A stretch of DNA of 64,000 nt from Macrostomum hystrix. Its lineage: Eukaryota > Animalia > Platyhelminthes. Where the stretch lies: NCBI GenBank assembly GCA_950097015.1, contig CATNEN010000038.1, positions 6,014,001 to 6,078,000 on the forward strand, in the 5' to 3' direction. Of this stretch, positions 50,801 through 62,349 are shown one piece after another. Under the pieces are notes generated by a model. It was not told the DNA's origin. It searched no databases and saw nothing but the letters and a program-made list of their open reading frames with translations. Position 1 is the stretch's first letter. The number at the start of each line of letters is the position of its first letter. The translations under genes were made by a program, and so were the position numbers.

Positions 50801-53800
50801 GGAGGGAACCAGGTAGGGGAATGTCGGCACGACTTTGAACTTAGACAGGAAACCGCCCAGCATCGGGCCGACCAGGGAGCCCAGCCCCCAGCTGAGCGAG
50901 AGAGTGGCTATGCCGTAGCTCTGGTTGCTGCTGTCGCTAATCTCATAGATTTGCGCCTTGCCAACGATGACAACACCGTTGACTAGGCCGGATAGCAGGC
51001 CGATCGCCGACGCATAGCCAAACGAGCGAGAGAAGCCGAAAGATAAAGTGCTGACAGCCACCAACAGCAGGGAGGTGAGCAGGGTCGGACGACGCCCGAA
51101 CCGGTCGGAAATATAGCCCCAGAAGTAGCTGAAGGGTTTGAACGATGGGATATTAGATATAGTGATAGGATGGTGCGACACAAGACTCGCGAGTTTTAGA
51201 TTCGATAGATAAAATGGCATTTTTTGCTTGTGTCTGAACTCAAAGGGGCATCGTGGGGGTGAGTGGCAGAGCGGCTAACTCTAGCTCTCGCCCTGAGCAC
51301 GACTCCGAAGGCTTGGGGGCTTGTCGTACAATTTACGCCTTTGAGGGCCAACCTTAAAAGCACAGTGAAAGTGCGCACTACCTGACGATGAGAAAGTCAT
51401 GGCAAATGTACACAACCTGTGTGAGCTTATGCCTGCGTACAGTATCTGTGTGCGTGTGTGCTCAGGAGTCAGCTGAATGGGCAGAATTGCCTCCTCGCCG
51501 GCTGTAGGTTTAGTGTCGCCAAATGATGTGCCATTGTCCACGGCCCTCCTGAAAATATCCAACTATACTAAATCTCTAAAGTCTTTATTATTACTAATAT
51601 TAAACTCTAAATTGAATATTTTGTGAGCATAAGAACTCTAAATGACGTTTTTGTCATCAGTATCTGAACTCAAAACGGCATATTTTGTTAGTATGTAAAC
51701 TCAAATTGGCATTGTTTGTGAATGAGAACTATAAAAGGCATGATTGCAAGTGCATGTGCTTCATACGCTCGTAACTGGATGGCAACTATAGTGAGAACGA
51801 GCTAAACTCCTCCTCCGGAGGAGGTTGAGGGGAGAGAACTCCCATCGCCTGATCTCCCATCGCCTCATCTCCCATCGCCTCATCTCCCATCGCCTCATCT
51901 CCCATCGCCTCATCTCCCATCGCCTCATCTCCCATCGCCTGATCTCCCATCGCCTAATCTCCCGTCGCCTGATCTCCCATTGCCTGATCTCCCATCGCCT
52001 CATCTCCCATCGCCTCATCTCCCATCGCCTAATCTCCCATCGCCTAATCTCCCATCGCCTAATCTCCCATCGCCTCATCATCCGTCGCCTGATCTCCCAT
52101 CGCCTCATCTCCCATCGCCGCATCTCCTATCTCCTGTACTCCCATCGCCTAATCTCCCATCACCTCATCTCCCATCGCCTAATCTCCCATTGCCTCATCT
52201 CCCGTCGCCACATCTCCCATCGCCTGATCTCCCATCGCCTCATCTCCTATCGCCTGATCTCCCATCGCCTCATCTCCCATCGCCTCATCTCCCATCGCCT
52301 CATCTCCTATCGCCTGATCTCCCATCGCCTCATCATCCGTCGCCTGATCTCCCATCGCCTCATCTCCCATCGCCTCATCTCCTATCTCCTGTTCTCTCAT
52401 CGCCTAATCTCCCATCGCCTCATCTCCCATCGCCTGATCTCCCATCGCCTCATCTCCCATCGCCTCATCTCCTATCGCCTGATCTCCCATCGCCTAATCT
52501 CCCATCGCCTCATCTCCCATCGTCTGATCTCCCATCGCCTAATCTCCCATCGCCTGATCTCCCATTGCCTGATCTCCCATCGCCTCATCACCCAGTGCGA
52601 TCTTGCGTGAATGTACAGTCATTTTATATTTAATTCAGAGAGTTCAGACCTCAGTGTCTAAACTGACTAACCAAAAACTCCTCACCTAATGATGTCTGAA
52701 AGTAGCAATGTGCGTAAACCACCTTTTGTCCGACTAAACTGTTGAAAACAATTCAAAAGAAAACATTTCTTTAGCTACCATGCCCAGAATCTTCAGAATT
52801 AAAATAGACGACAACTTTCGAATAAGATTGAGGGGCTAGAAATCATATCGCGCGAACTCCATCAACTTTAAATTAAACCCCACCCGTTAAAACAGGTGAA
52901 GTCCGAGCCATTAATATTGACGACAGCCAGTTCTCCGGGCCCCGCTCAGTCAGAGGTGCGAATTTCAATAAATAAAATTCAACAGCCCGCCTTCGAGAAT
53001 AGGAATGTGTGAAACTGTATTGTGGCGAATTCTCTCTCCTTAGCAATCTCGCCGAGACACTGTACACACAGCTGAAAGCATTGCAAAAGTATAAAAACTT
53101 TATTTGCCCTTGGCATCCCCAATTTTCGGAATTCAGCAATGAAATTTATATCTCTGGATTTAGAACTTCAAGTTCTCTCCAGCAGTACAAATTTTATCCA
53201 CAAATCTTAAAAAAGCAAAATAATAATTCTCAGTTGAAATTTCTGCAAAAGGCAGCCAGTTTAGTAAGCACATTCTTCTCCGCCTACACTGAGAGGCCCG
53301 CAAATTTTATAAATTGAATTTTAACCCAGCCAACTCTGCCCTGCCCATTGTACGCACTTCAATATTGAACAAATCAGACCCCTCAATAGAACTGACTAAC
53401 GGCACCCTCTCTCCGCCAATACACAGGGACAGTTAGAATGTGCGTACGGCCTCCTCTCCGCCCCATTTTCAAACCGACTGCCAACCCTCCACTGGAGAGA
53501 AAATACACTGAACAGATAGGCAGAAAATGTTGACGCAACTCATTTAACCAAAGCCAATTTCGTCTAAGCGGGAAGGACATTTGCCTACTATATACTACTT
53601 AATAGCCTTTCTGCTTTTTTGAGGATCATAGAATTTGAAATTTCAGAATTAAAATAGCCTATAGCCTTCCTCGGAAAATTTCCCATTTTCCCATATAAGT
53701 TTCAACGCTGAGTTGCCAGTATTCTAGGAGGAGATGTCGAACTGACAGACACACACACACACAGACAAACAACACGTGAAAATTAGTATATTTAGATTAT

Positions 53801-54871
53801 ACCACTATAGATTGCTATGCAGGTGACTGTGCAGCCAGCCAAACTAGTTTATAAGTCGCATGAAGATCAAAGTGTCGCAATCCTTTTCATTCAGTGTGTA
53901 ATATTCTCTTCGATACAAAACAGTTATCTTGGCTAAACCATCGACTGTTTTGTTTATGTTAGCAACTGAACACACAGCTACCATTGTAGCAGGCAGATAA
54001 CTAGATATGTACAAAACTATGTTCTAGATTATGATACAAAAAACAGGCAGTAATTATTTCTACCTGGAGATCATCCGACCGAGATGAAAGGACGAGGCCA
54101 CAAAGCCAACATAGAAGCCAGCGTCTGTTTCCTTGTAGCCGAAGCTCTGGAAATAAAAAACCGATTTGCATGTGCCGTGACCGTGGAAATAAACGCTGCG
54201 TCTGTTAGCATGCCAAAGCCAGCTTACCATGACCATCTCTTTCAGAAAAGGCAGGTGAAATGTCACGCATGACGCTGCACCAGTCTGGAAAAAAACAATC
54301 AGCACATTCTTCACATGGCTGTTCAGTCCATGGACCTGGTGGGCGCCATACCCATTAAATCAAGAGTTAAATGTCTTGCTAAAGGATAAAAGTTGTTCCA
54401 ATGGAGTCGGGAATCGAACCTCTGACCTTCAAGTCGTGAGTCAAACGGCCCAACTTCTTGCATAGTTACAACCGCTTAGTCTATTGCCGCCATCAAATGC
54501 GCCACGCAATAGCAGGCCATTGTCAGCTGCTGCTGTGCTGTCAGCTGCACATTTGGTCCCATTGGGGCACTTGTAATCAATCATTATTACATTATTAATA
54601 TTACTATTGGTATTAATTTTTATATGTCTACTCATGCAATTTCAAACTTAAATGGCATATAAAATAATAATTATACAAGTAATTCAAGCCCGACAATACA
54701 CATTGACATTGTTAAATTGTCATTTTAAACTCAAATTACCATCAGTGTAAACAGGATGGTCAGCTGACCCCACTGAGGTGGAGTGACTCCGGCTTGGACT
54801 ATTGAAAATTTTCCCTCTGCATTGATGCAGGGGCATTTGCGCCTGCCAGCTGTGCCATTGGGCTGGGTCAT
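47801..54871 (-). CDS. MFS transporter (ZIFL1/tetracycline-efflux-like), 8 coding exons, ~604 aa
   Basis: Exons 54871-54740, 54284-54228, 54146-54064, 51128-50501, 49850-49547, 49145-48946, 48800-48727 and 48137-47801, all GT-AG and phase-consistent. N-terminal TPPQWGQLTILF, MFS motif A WGYISDRFGRRP, GSLVGPMLGGFL, GGLGFS, GSMNGI..SLGRLLGP. Confidence 0.88.
48190..48480. repeat. 20-bp minisatellite GAGATTGTAGGTCAGGGTAC in an MFS intron
   Basis: Directly visible. Confidence 0.93.
49237..49450. repeat. 22-bp minisatellite AACCTTCAGGA(T/A)GCTACCACTG in an MFS intron
   Basis: Directly visible. Confidence 0.9.
50138..50496 (+). mobile_element. tRNA-derived SINE inserted at an MFS exon/intron junction
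   Basis: Full family structure; TSD TTACCTCAG(A/C)CGCA at 50123-50136 and 50497-50510. Confidence 0.9.
51255..51560 (+). mobile_element. tRNA-derived SINE with internal deletion
   Basis: GGGGGTGAGTGGCAGAGCGG head; family body through GTGTCGCCAAATGATG. Confidence 0.8.
51838..52590. repeat. 15-bp minisatellite CTCCCATCGCCT(C/G/A)AT in an MFS intron
   Basis: Directly visible; source of the SHRLI/PSPHL ORFs. Confidence 0.95.
52873..53796 (-). mobile_element. Probable non-autonomous Helitron
   Basis: Minus strand begins A|TCTAAATATACTAATTTTCACGTGTTGTTTGTCTGTGTGTG.., a typical Helitron 5' TC end with a microsatellite. Imperfect hairpin CACCCGTTAAAACAGGTG lies near the putative 3' end, but the canonical CTAG is not preserved. 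Confidence 0.45.
54330..54460 (-). mobile_element. Fragment of a second tRNA-related SINE family
   Basis: GGGAATCGAACC is a reverse B box (GGTTCGATTCCC). GTCTTGCTAAAGGA resembles GTCTTGCCTAAGGA at ~50034. Confidence 0.45.
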
Positions 54872-55714
54872 CGATTTGCCAAATTATTAGCACTTGACTT
54901 AGCTGCAAGCTGAAAAAAAAATTATCGAATAACATGTACAAAATAGATCGCCTTAGAGCTGCTTATAAAAATAGTCTTATGAAAAAGTTATTTTTAAACT
55001 GTACATACTAAAATAAATTTTTGACTATAGATTCATCCCAGCCAATCATTTAAAAAACAATGTAACTCTATATCTAGGAAAATAGCTCTTTATTATTAAT
55101 AAGGTATAAAATGAACAAAAACAAAAATTGTTGTTTATAAATCAATCAAAATTCTACTTAATGTGATGTGAGCAGCAAGTATATTAATCATATGACATTT
55201 TGTGACTCTTATGAGCTTAAAATTTTGCAAGCAAAGGTAATTTTTGGTAATTTAAAGTATTTCCGATAATATTTAAGTCATATGTCAATAGTCTTATTAC
55301 TATATTTATACACTTCTGATCAGAATTTGACATTCTGTCAAAAGTAATTCAGGAACAAAATCTTTAAATGCTTTGAAAATATTTCGAAATCTTAAATTTT
55401 TCTTGCGAAACTTTCCCTATGCTTAAATTACCGCGTCCTTATGTGTACATAGATACTCGTACTTTAAAAAACAAAACACGACATATATTTTACGACAGCA
55501 AATTTTTCAATTTCGTGGAATTGCTTGAGTTCGTAAATCTATTATGTAAAAATTTCAATGATCAATCATCTATTGTGTCATATTTTGTTGTATTTATCGA
55601 ACCTGTCAATCAACTTAGAAGTCGATTTAGTTACTGTACTTTTCTTGGCCTATTTAAGAATTATGGAATTTCGATTTTCGATAAATGATCTCTCTGTTAT
55701 GAGCATTCTGCTGG

Positions 55715-57289
55715 CAGCTCTGATGAGCCCCAGGTCGATGGCCAGCTCGCCTCCGATGCTGAGGCAGAATTCCGCAGCCTGGCATCAGTTCGCCCTGTTG
55801 CTGGACCTGCACCTCGTCAGCTGCATCCAGTGTCGCCTTGCAAAAGGTTCACCACACCAGCTGCCAGCACACGGCCCACTACCCAAAGAGCGCCTCGACA
55901 TCGAAGCCGGCCCTTTCGCTTCTGTGCTCGTCGACCAACTTGGTCCCGTCTTCACCTATGACCACAGGTCTAGAGTCACGACTACTCCGCTGACGCCGTC
56001 ATTCACGCATTCGAGCGCTTCTGGAGCCGTCGCGGCCTCACAAAGTGTACTGTCTATCTGTACCGGGCCACTGCTTTTCAAGCAGCTAGCGAGTTTCTGA
56101 CGAACCACATTGCTACCGCGTTCCAGAGGAAGCTGCACGCCGACCTCCAACCGCTGGCCGCACAACGGCCCCTTGAATTCAAACTCGCTCCAGTCCGAGC
56201 CCCGTGGCATCAAGGAGCAGTCGAACGCCTCGTCGCACTGACCAAGTCCAGCCTACGTCCAGCCCTTTGGCGCAAGCGAATCTCAGACGAGGAGCTCCAC
56301 ACTCTTCTCGTCAAGATCGAAGCCATCCTCAATTGCCGGCCACTGACTACCGTCTTCAGCGACCCAGCAGACCCGTCACCACTGACTCCAGCTGACCTCC
56401 TCTGTGTCGGTCCTCATCTCATGCTTCCGGCCCTCGACGACAAGCTCCTCCATGCTGGCTCCCCAACCGCTGACCGTCTTCGAGCCCTCCACCGCAACAA
56501 AACACGATCGCCCACCCACAATCTTCAGCCCGGCCAGGCTTGCCTCCTCGCCGAGCCGACACCTGGATCAGGTTGTGTCGGATCGTCCAGCTCTACCCAG
56601 ATCCCACTGGCGTCATCCGATACATCACCCTCCGCACCGCTTCCGGTCACACGGTCCGCGGGTCTATCAGTCATCTAGTTCCACTGGAGTCCGATGTCGA
56701 CGCTTGCCAACTCAACGAATCGTCCTCCAACCCAGCCGCTGGTTCCCCCACCGGCTCAGCTGCCTGCCCGCCCAGGAGCCCGGCCGCTGACCCAGTTGCC
56801 GACCAGCCTGTCCACTCGTCCGCCGGATCGAACGGCAACCTGCTTTACAACCCATCTGCTGACTCGTCGATTTCACAGACCGACCGCGACTGCCGGGCCC
56901 TCCGTCGTCAAAAAATCCGTGATGGAATCTTTGATTACTAACGTGATGTTCTCCAGACCTTCAACAAAATTTACAAAAATCCACTAAATGCTTCGACTGT
57001 TGCACCTTTATCTGTTTTGACGCCCCCCGAGCCTGTCGGATTTCATCCTCCATATATTGCACTTGTTTTCCGGTCTTTTAATTTCTCAGTTCAACCAGCT
57101 CTTTAATCCATCTGTGCCGTTTTCTTCTTTAGTTATTTACTCTGCTATTTGTTTGGTCTACGGCCCTCGCTGCAGTCCGCTCAAACAGGTCCCACGCAGC
57201 CAAGAGCGGATCTCTCGCTCTTTTCTATGCAAAGTCAAATACATAACTTACTTATTCTCGTTTAACTTAGTCTATTGTCTAAATCGACA
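55715..57289 (+). mobile_element. BEL/Pao LTR-retrotransposon 3' remnant (deleted integrase, C-terminal DUF5641-type region, LTR)
   Basis: CIQCR..GPLPKERL..GPFASVLVDQLGP; APWHQGAVERLVALTK..EELHTLLVKIEAILNCRPLT..PLTPADLL; LYPDPTGVIRYITLRT..RGSISHLVPLE; several frameshifts or deletions. Confidence 0.88.
57034..57289 (+). repeat. 3' LTR (256 bp) of the BEL/Pao element
   Basis: TG...CA ends with inverted termini TGTCGGATTT / AAATCGACA, right after CGCCCCCCGAGCC. Confidence 0.7.
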
Positions 57290-57306
57290 GTAGCACTATG
57301 TATAGA

Positions 57307-57655
57307 ATAATACCCCCCCTGATTTCGTTTCTTTGGCCTAGGAAAGGCTGAGGACGCGTTTCTTGGCCGAAGCGAAGCCGAGGCCCAGAAGCGCAGTCCG
57401 AAGCCGTTCCAAGGCCATAGACAACGTTTTCAGGGGGGTATTATAGTATTTAATCCTAAAGCTTGGCCCGGCTCACGACAAACCTAAAACAGTTTACAGT
57501 GACCATAGACTATTATGCAATTATGAATAATAATTGCACAGAATTAAGTGTATTATAATACCCGCCAAATTTCGGTTCTGTGGAAAAGAAAGTCCGAGAC
57601 TGCATATAACTGGCCGAGGCGAAGCCGAGTAGGCCGGGCCAAGCTGGGGATTAAA
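57307..57655. mobile_element. Palindromic hairpin element with two inverted-repeat modules
   Basis: ATAATACCCCCCCTGA..TCAGGGGGGTATTAT (57307-57444) and TTTAATCC..AGCTTGGCCCGGC..GCCGGGCCAAGCT..GGATTAAA (57449-57655); GGCCGA(A/G)GCGAAGCCGAG occurs twice. Confidence 0.6.
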
Positions 57656-58170
57656 TTGGAGTACTATAAAGTATTATAAAGTAGACTAATAAAGCTGAAA
57701 GTATCACATTAAAGTAAGACTACTAAAGGGGGGTCAAAGTAGAACAGCTTAAGCTATCTATGGATTAGTCCCTAGGGACTAAAAACTAAAACCCGACAAT
57801 TGGTTACAAGAGCGCTGATTCAAACACTGAAACTACACAGTATGTTCAAATGAATACTAACGAGTAAAATAGATAAATTAATTTAATCGATATTATGCAC
57901 TTATATTGTTTATGCTATCTAGCTAAGTCTAGCTCTGCATGCATACATTTTATATTTTGCGCAGTTGTTTCAAACGCAGATAGAACGGAAAGATGAAGCA
58001 TAATATACTATAATATACTCTACTGAGTGCAGTAGAGTGTAGAGTGATTATATACTATATAATATACTATCTGCCGAGCTCGAGCTAGATGCGCTGACGC
58101 TGCGGCGCGGTACAGCTCAATGTCTGTCGTCTCAAACGTTCACGGATTTTTCTTTCGCCACTGGTTTCAG

Positions 58171-61100
58171 GGTGGGAGCGACATCATTAAGCCGGGCACT
58201 CCAGCGACACTGTGCATCGACTCAAAAAACATCCCAGTCCTGGAGATGGTACAATTTTCCATCTCAGTTGGAAGACAGCAGATTATGGCTACTGATCGCA
58301 TTAACGTGTCTGTCGTCAGGCGCGATAGAAACGAAAGCCTGAACTGCGGATTCAAAATGATGAACAGCAGGTATAAAGAGAAGAGAATTTGTCAAGACAT
58401 GGTGCTGTACAATCACGACCCGGACAATAATATCCCATTGGGTTTGGCTGAAGGGGACCAGAACAGTGTTGTCAAAATAAACATATCATTTTTTTCGAAT
58501 TCTGATGGACTCTTCACTAGGCTGAGTAACGGATCTATGTTTACTCAAAAAATTCAAAGCATTGATATGAAAGTTGATTTATCAAGACTGCAATCCAATG
58601 TGACCACTTTTCTGCACTTGTACACAGATCCATTCGTTAAGCCGGCAACATCAGCGTACACGAGTGAGGCTACGTTCAAAATTTTTGACGGATATTACAC
58701 TCTTTTGTCGCACAAGTACCTTCCCTACGAGATTCAAGTAAAAGTTGACGGCTTTTATGTATCAGAAATAGCAATCCGCTACTTTTATTATGTTATTAGA
58801 ATCCACGGGAGCAGTGTTCATGGAAATATTTTAGCACCGACAGTGACTCACCATCCACCTGCAAGTAGAGTGCTTGATGCCGCAAAACTAACGCTACCGA
58901 TTCAGGCAGACGGTCTGCCGTTCGGTGTGACTGTGGAAAACGTTGGATATGCAATGAAAGTGCGGTTCGACCTGTATGGCACCATTATATATATCTGGGG
59001 CTTTGAAACCGGCGGATGCGTCAGAGGCTTTGTGATGAGAAATGCAAATCTTAGGGAGGGGTTATCCTGCAAAGTAACTTTTCAAAACGTCAGTAATGGT
59101 CGAATTGCATTGGACGTAATGGTCGTTCCGGGATTTTACGACACACCAAACTTGGTAGAAGGCCTGCTGTATGGACTGAACCGAAGTGCAATCTCCCAAC
59201 CGGCCAAAAATTTATTCCTTCCTCAGTATGAGATGCCCGCCATTCGTAGCTATCGCAACAGAATGCAGCCGACTGAAGTTCTCAGCATTTGCTCTTGCGA
59301 CGAAACTAAAGTCACAACTAGCAATTGCTTTGTTGACATTGGAAAGGTTAAGAGAGGAAAGCGTCAAGCAAAAGCCATCCCAGAATTAACTGAAGCAGCT
59401 CCGGTGCGGAAAATACAGGCTAGAAAAATTTCAGAACAGGAAGCCGATGAATTCTGCAATACATTCGTGCAGCTGCAGCTCAGCAAGTCCGTCAGCACAG
59501 AGATTTGCTCACAAACCAAAGATCCAACAGGCCAAGCGGATTACATCAGCCAGTTCAAAGTTATCTGTGCTCAATATGCCTTTCGGCTGGGCACATTCGA
59601 CTCTACACAGCCTCTGTTTAACTCCATGCTGGGCCTGTGCTACACGGAGATGACTTACAATGCCACCGTAGTGCTTGGGAACTCGAGCAAAATCGAAGCG
59701 CTTGTAGAAGACCTGTGCCCAGGAAACTGTTCCAGCAGAGGCGAGTGCCTCAGCGGCGAGTGCAAGTGCGCTGAGGGCTTCTGGGGCACCAGCTGCGAAT
59801 TCGACATCGCCAGGCGAGACGAAATGCCGATAGAGATCCAGCTGCTCCAGAGGAACATCTTCTGCTCCTCTGACAACTGCCCAGCAGCTTACCTGAGTGT
59901 GAAGCCCCTTTTGCGGTCAGTAGACTCAGTGTGCAACATGAAGGTGAACTCCAGCTTTAACTACACAGCACCCTCTGTCTACATCAGCGGAGACATTGTG
60001 AAGTGCGACCTGAACGCGCAACATCTGTGGCTAGTCCAGGAGGTCAGGATGTTCGCCCTGCTGCAGGTGAGCATAAAAATAATAAGTGCTATGTATTCGT
60101 AGGCAGCGTCTGTATTTGCGTCATTGGCTGCAAAACAAACAATTCATACGATTGACTTATTTTGACTATCGTGTCAGGTCCATGCGTGGCGTTGATAATC
60201 AAACTGCTGAATGGATAACAGTCAAATTGAGAGGAAGATCTATTTAGACTAACTACGAAATTTTAGCATTGCAGTAACGTAAGGCTTGTAAAAGCTTCGT
60301 CTAGTTACTTTTTCCTCAATCATTATCAATAGAACTATCAAGGGGGTAATTCGCTCTGACAATTATATTCAATGCATTCGAACAGAGCAACGCAAGCTCA
60401 CGAAACTCGAACACGGGCCAAGTCGCCAGCCCTTTAGACCGTCGAGATATTCGACTGTTGCGGCCTTGCCAGGACTTCAAACTTAATCAGCACGTCACCC
60501 GAATGTGCCTGCATCATGTGCCTGGACTCCCCTAGTCCTGTCAACCAAACAGGCACCACCCAGAGGCCGTCAGCACCGTCACCATGGTGCCTCCAGCTGG
60601 CAATGGAGTCCCTAAAGCGAATTTTCCTACTTTCGCTGATGAAGCCTCGAAATTGGCTTAAACTCAACTATTACTTGTTGAAGGTCCAGCAGCTCCGATA
60701 AGGATCGGTGACCACCGAAGTCGGAGATTATTCAGGCACATTCGGGTGGCATGCTGATAAAGTCTGAAGGCCTCGCAAGGCCGCACTGAGGCGCAATGCG
60801 AATTCGTGTAATGGGAATGAAATACACAAGCTCGAATGGGAAAAATCTGACCTTTGGCGGGAACCGTTGAATATCTCGACGGTCTGAAGAGCTGGCGACT
60901 TGATTCTTGTTTCAGATGATCTCAAGAAAATGTTGGCCCGCGTTCTTGAGTTTCGTGTACCTGCGTTGCTCCGTTAGGGTGCAGCACAAATAATTGTCAG
61001 GGCCTTGGTATTGCTCTACGGTTGAGAAATTCTACGAGCATTAGATTTCATGAATTTTAACTTTCATCCAGATCTCAGTGACGGCCTCTGACTGGGAGTC

Positions 61101-61329
61101 AAACAACGCTGTCGATCTTCTACTGCACCAGGCCCATTGCGATGGCAAGCCGGTGACCTGCAGCGCCGACTCCTTGACCTGCAAGATTGTCGGGGTGCTG
61201 CCAGTCGTCGGCGATGAGGGCAACGTGTGTCTGCCGACTGTGCCGAAGCATGCCACACGACTGAAAACTGCGTGGCAGCTGACACTGATGACTTTGGCTC
61301 TGTTGGTTCTTGAGCTGAGCTTGAAATGA
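58171..61329 (+). CDS. VWDE: VWDE-like protein (degenerate VWD domain, EGF domain, C-terminal hydrophobic/GPI-type tail); 5' exons not found
   Basis: Exon 58171-60066 (TTTCAG acceptor, CAG|GTGAG donor) joins exon 61072-61329 in phase 0. YTDP..GYYTLL..YEIQV VWD start, EQEADEFC, EGF CPGNCSSRGECLSGECKCAEGFWGTSCE; ends WQLTLMTLALLVLELSLK*. Confidence 0.72.
60390..60990 (+). mobile_element. Highly degraded BEL/Pao remnant in the VWDE-like intron
   Basis: AGDLILVSDDLKKMLARVLEF resembles the Pao integrase C-terminal GDxVLx.D..RV.E motif; stops and deletions throughout. Confidence 0.45.
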
Positions 61330-62349
61330 GCTTGAAATGAGCTTGTTCTGTGAAAGCGTTGAAGGAACTGATCGAATTGATGTTGGACGGAATTTTAAGA
61401 CGAAAAAACAATGATGCACTGTAATACACTGTACCAGTCAATGCTTATAAACTGTACCCTTTAGCATGCAATGGAAATCCTGGCTATGCCCCTGATGCTT
61501 CATGCTATTGATGAGAAATGCGTTAATTTTTGAACTAAATATTTACAGTTAAACTGTAAATATAAATCGATAAATTGTTATTTATTAAAGGTTCAGCATT
61601 AATCGCGTACAATGAGCAATTATTTTGCTTTGACTTATCCCTTCAATTACTTCTTATTTATGGCCTCAATTTTCACACCAAACATTCAATTAAGAAAAGT
61701 TTTTCACATAAGTTTCGTTTTAATGCTGTTTTTATACCGATTTGTTTGATATTAACGCAATGAAAATGATTTTGTTCTGATATTTTAGATTATATTAGTT
61801 CTTCGATTCGCTTGCCAATATTATATACGGCTTACGTTTTCCTGCGTATTTATCCAATTCTATTTAACTCCTTGGTAAATTTCAAGCAAATTTTATTGAG
61901 CATGTGTATGCACATTAACAAATGTACATGGGTGGACATTATAAACGAAAATATTATGAAAATATCTTCTTCATCTTTTTAGTTTTTGCTAACCTAAACT
62001 TCTTTAATCAGTGATTACAAAAGGTATGCATTGTCTGTCTATTTTTTTGCTTCACAGAATTATGATCCTCTCTCGCACAAAGAAATAGAAATGCAAAATA
62101 TCTCATAGATGTTATAGATCTTATGGATGCCATGATCAACACGCGCTACGCACGTACCCGCTCGGTCTTGCGAGAAGTATGCTTATTTAATAAGAAGGGA
62201 GTCATTTTGTGTAACTCAGAAACTTTGCTATGGCCGCAGCATCAGCCGCAGCCGCTTTTCTGCCGGCTCACCTACCTCAGCAGCTGCTGCAGTGAAAGAG
62301 CAAAAACGAGACTGATGTCGCTGACGTCCGACCCGCTCCGGTAGGTTAG

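Noticed and set aside
51761-52633. SHRLI / extensin-like PSPHL ORFs
   Set aside because: 15-bp intronic minisatellite with no splice or start context.
58120-58170. ATG 58120 as the start of the 660-aa ORF
   Set aside because: No signal peptide, and it overlaps a pyrimidine tract ending TTTCAG, so it is more likely intron.
62020-62345. Possible small exons upstream of the Pat1-like exon
   Set aside because: Splice-like sites exist, but no phase-consistent, recognisable reading frame could be built.
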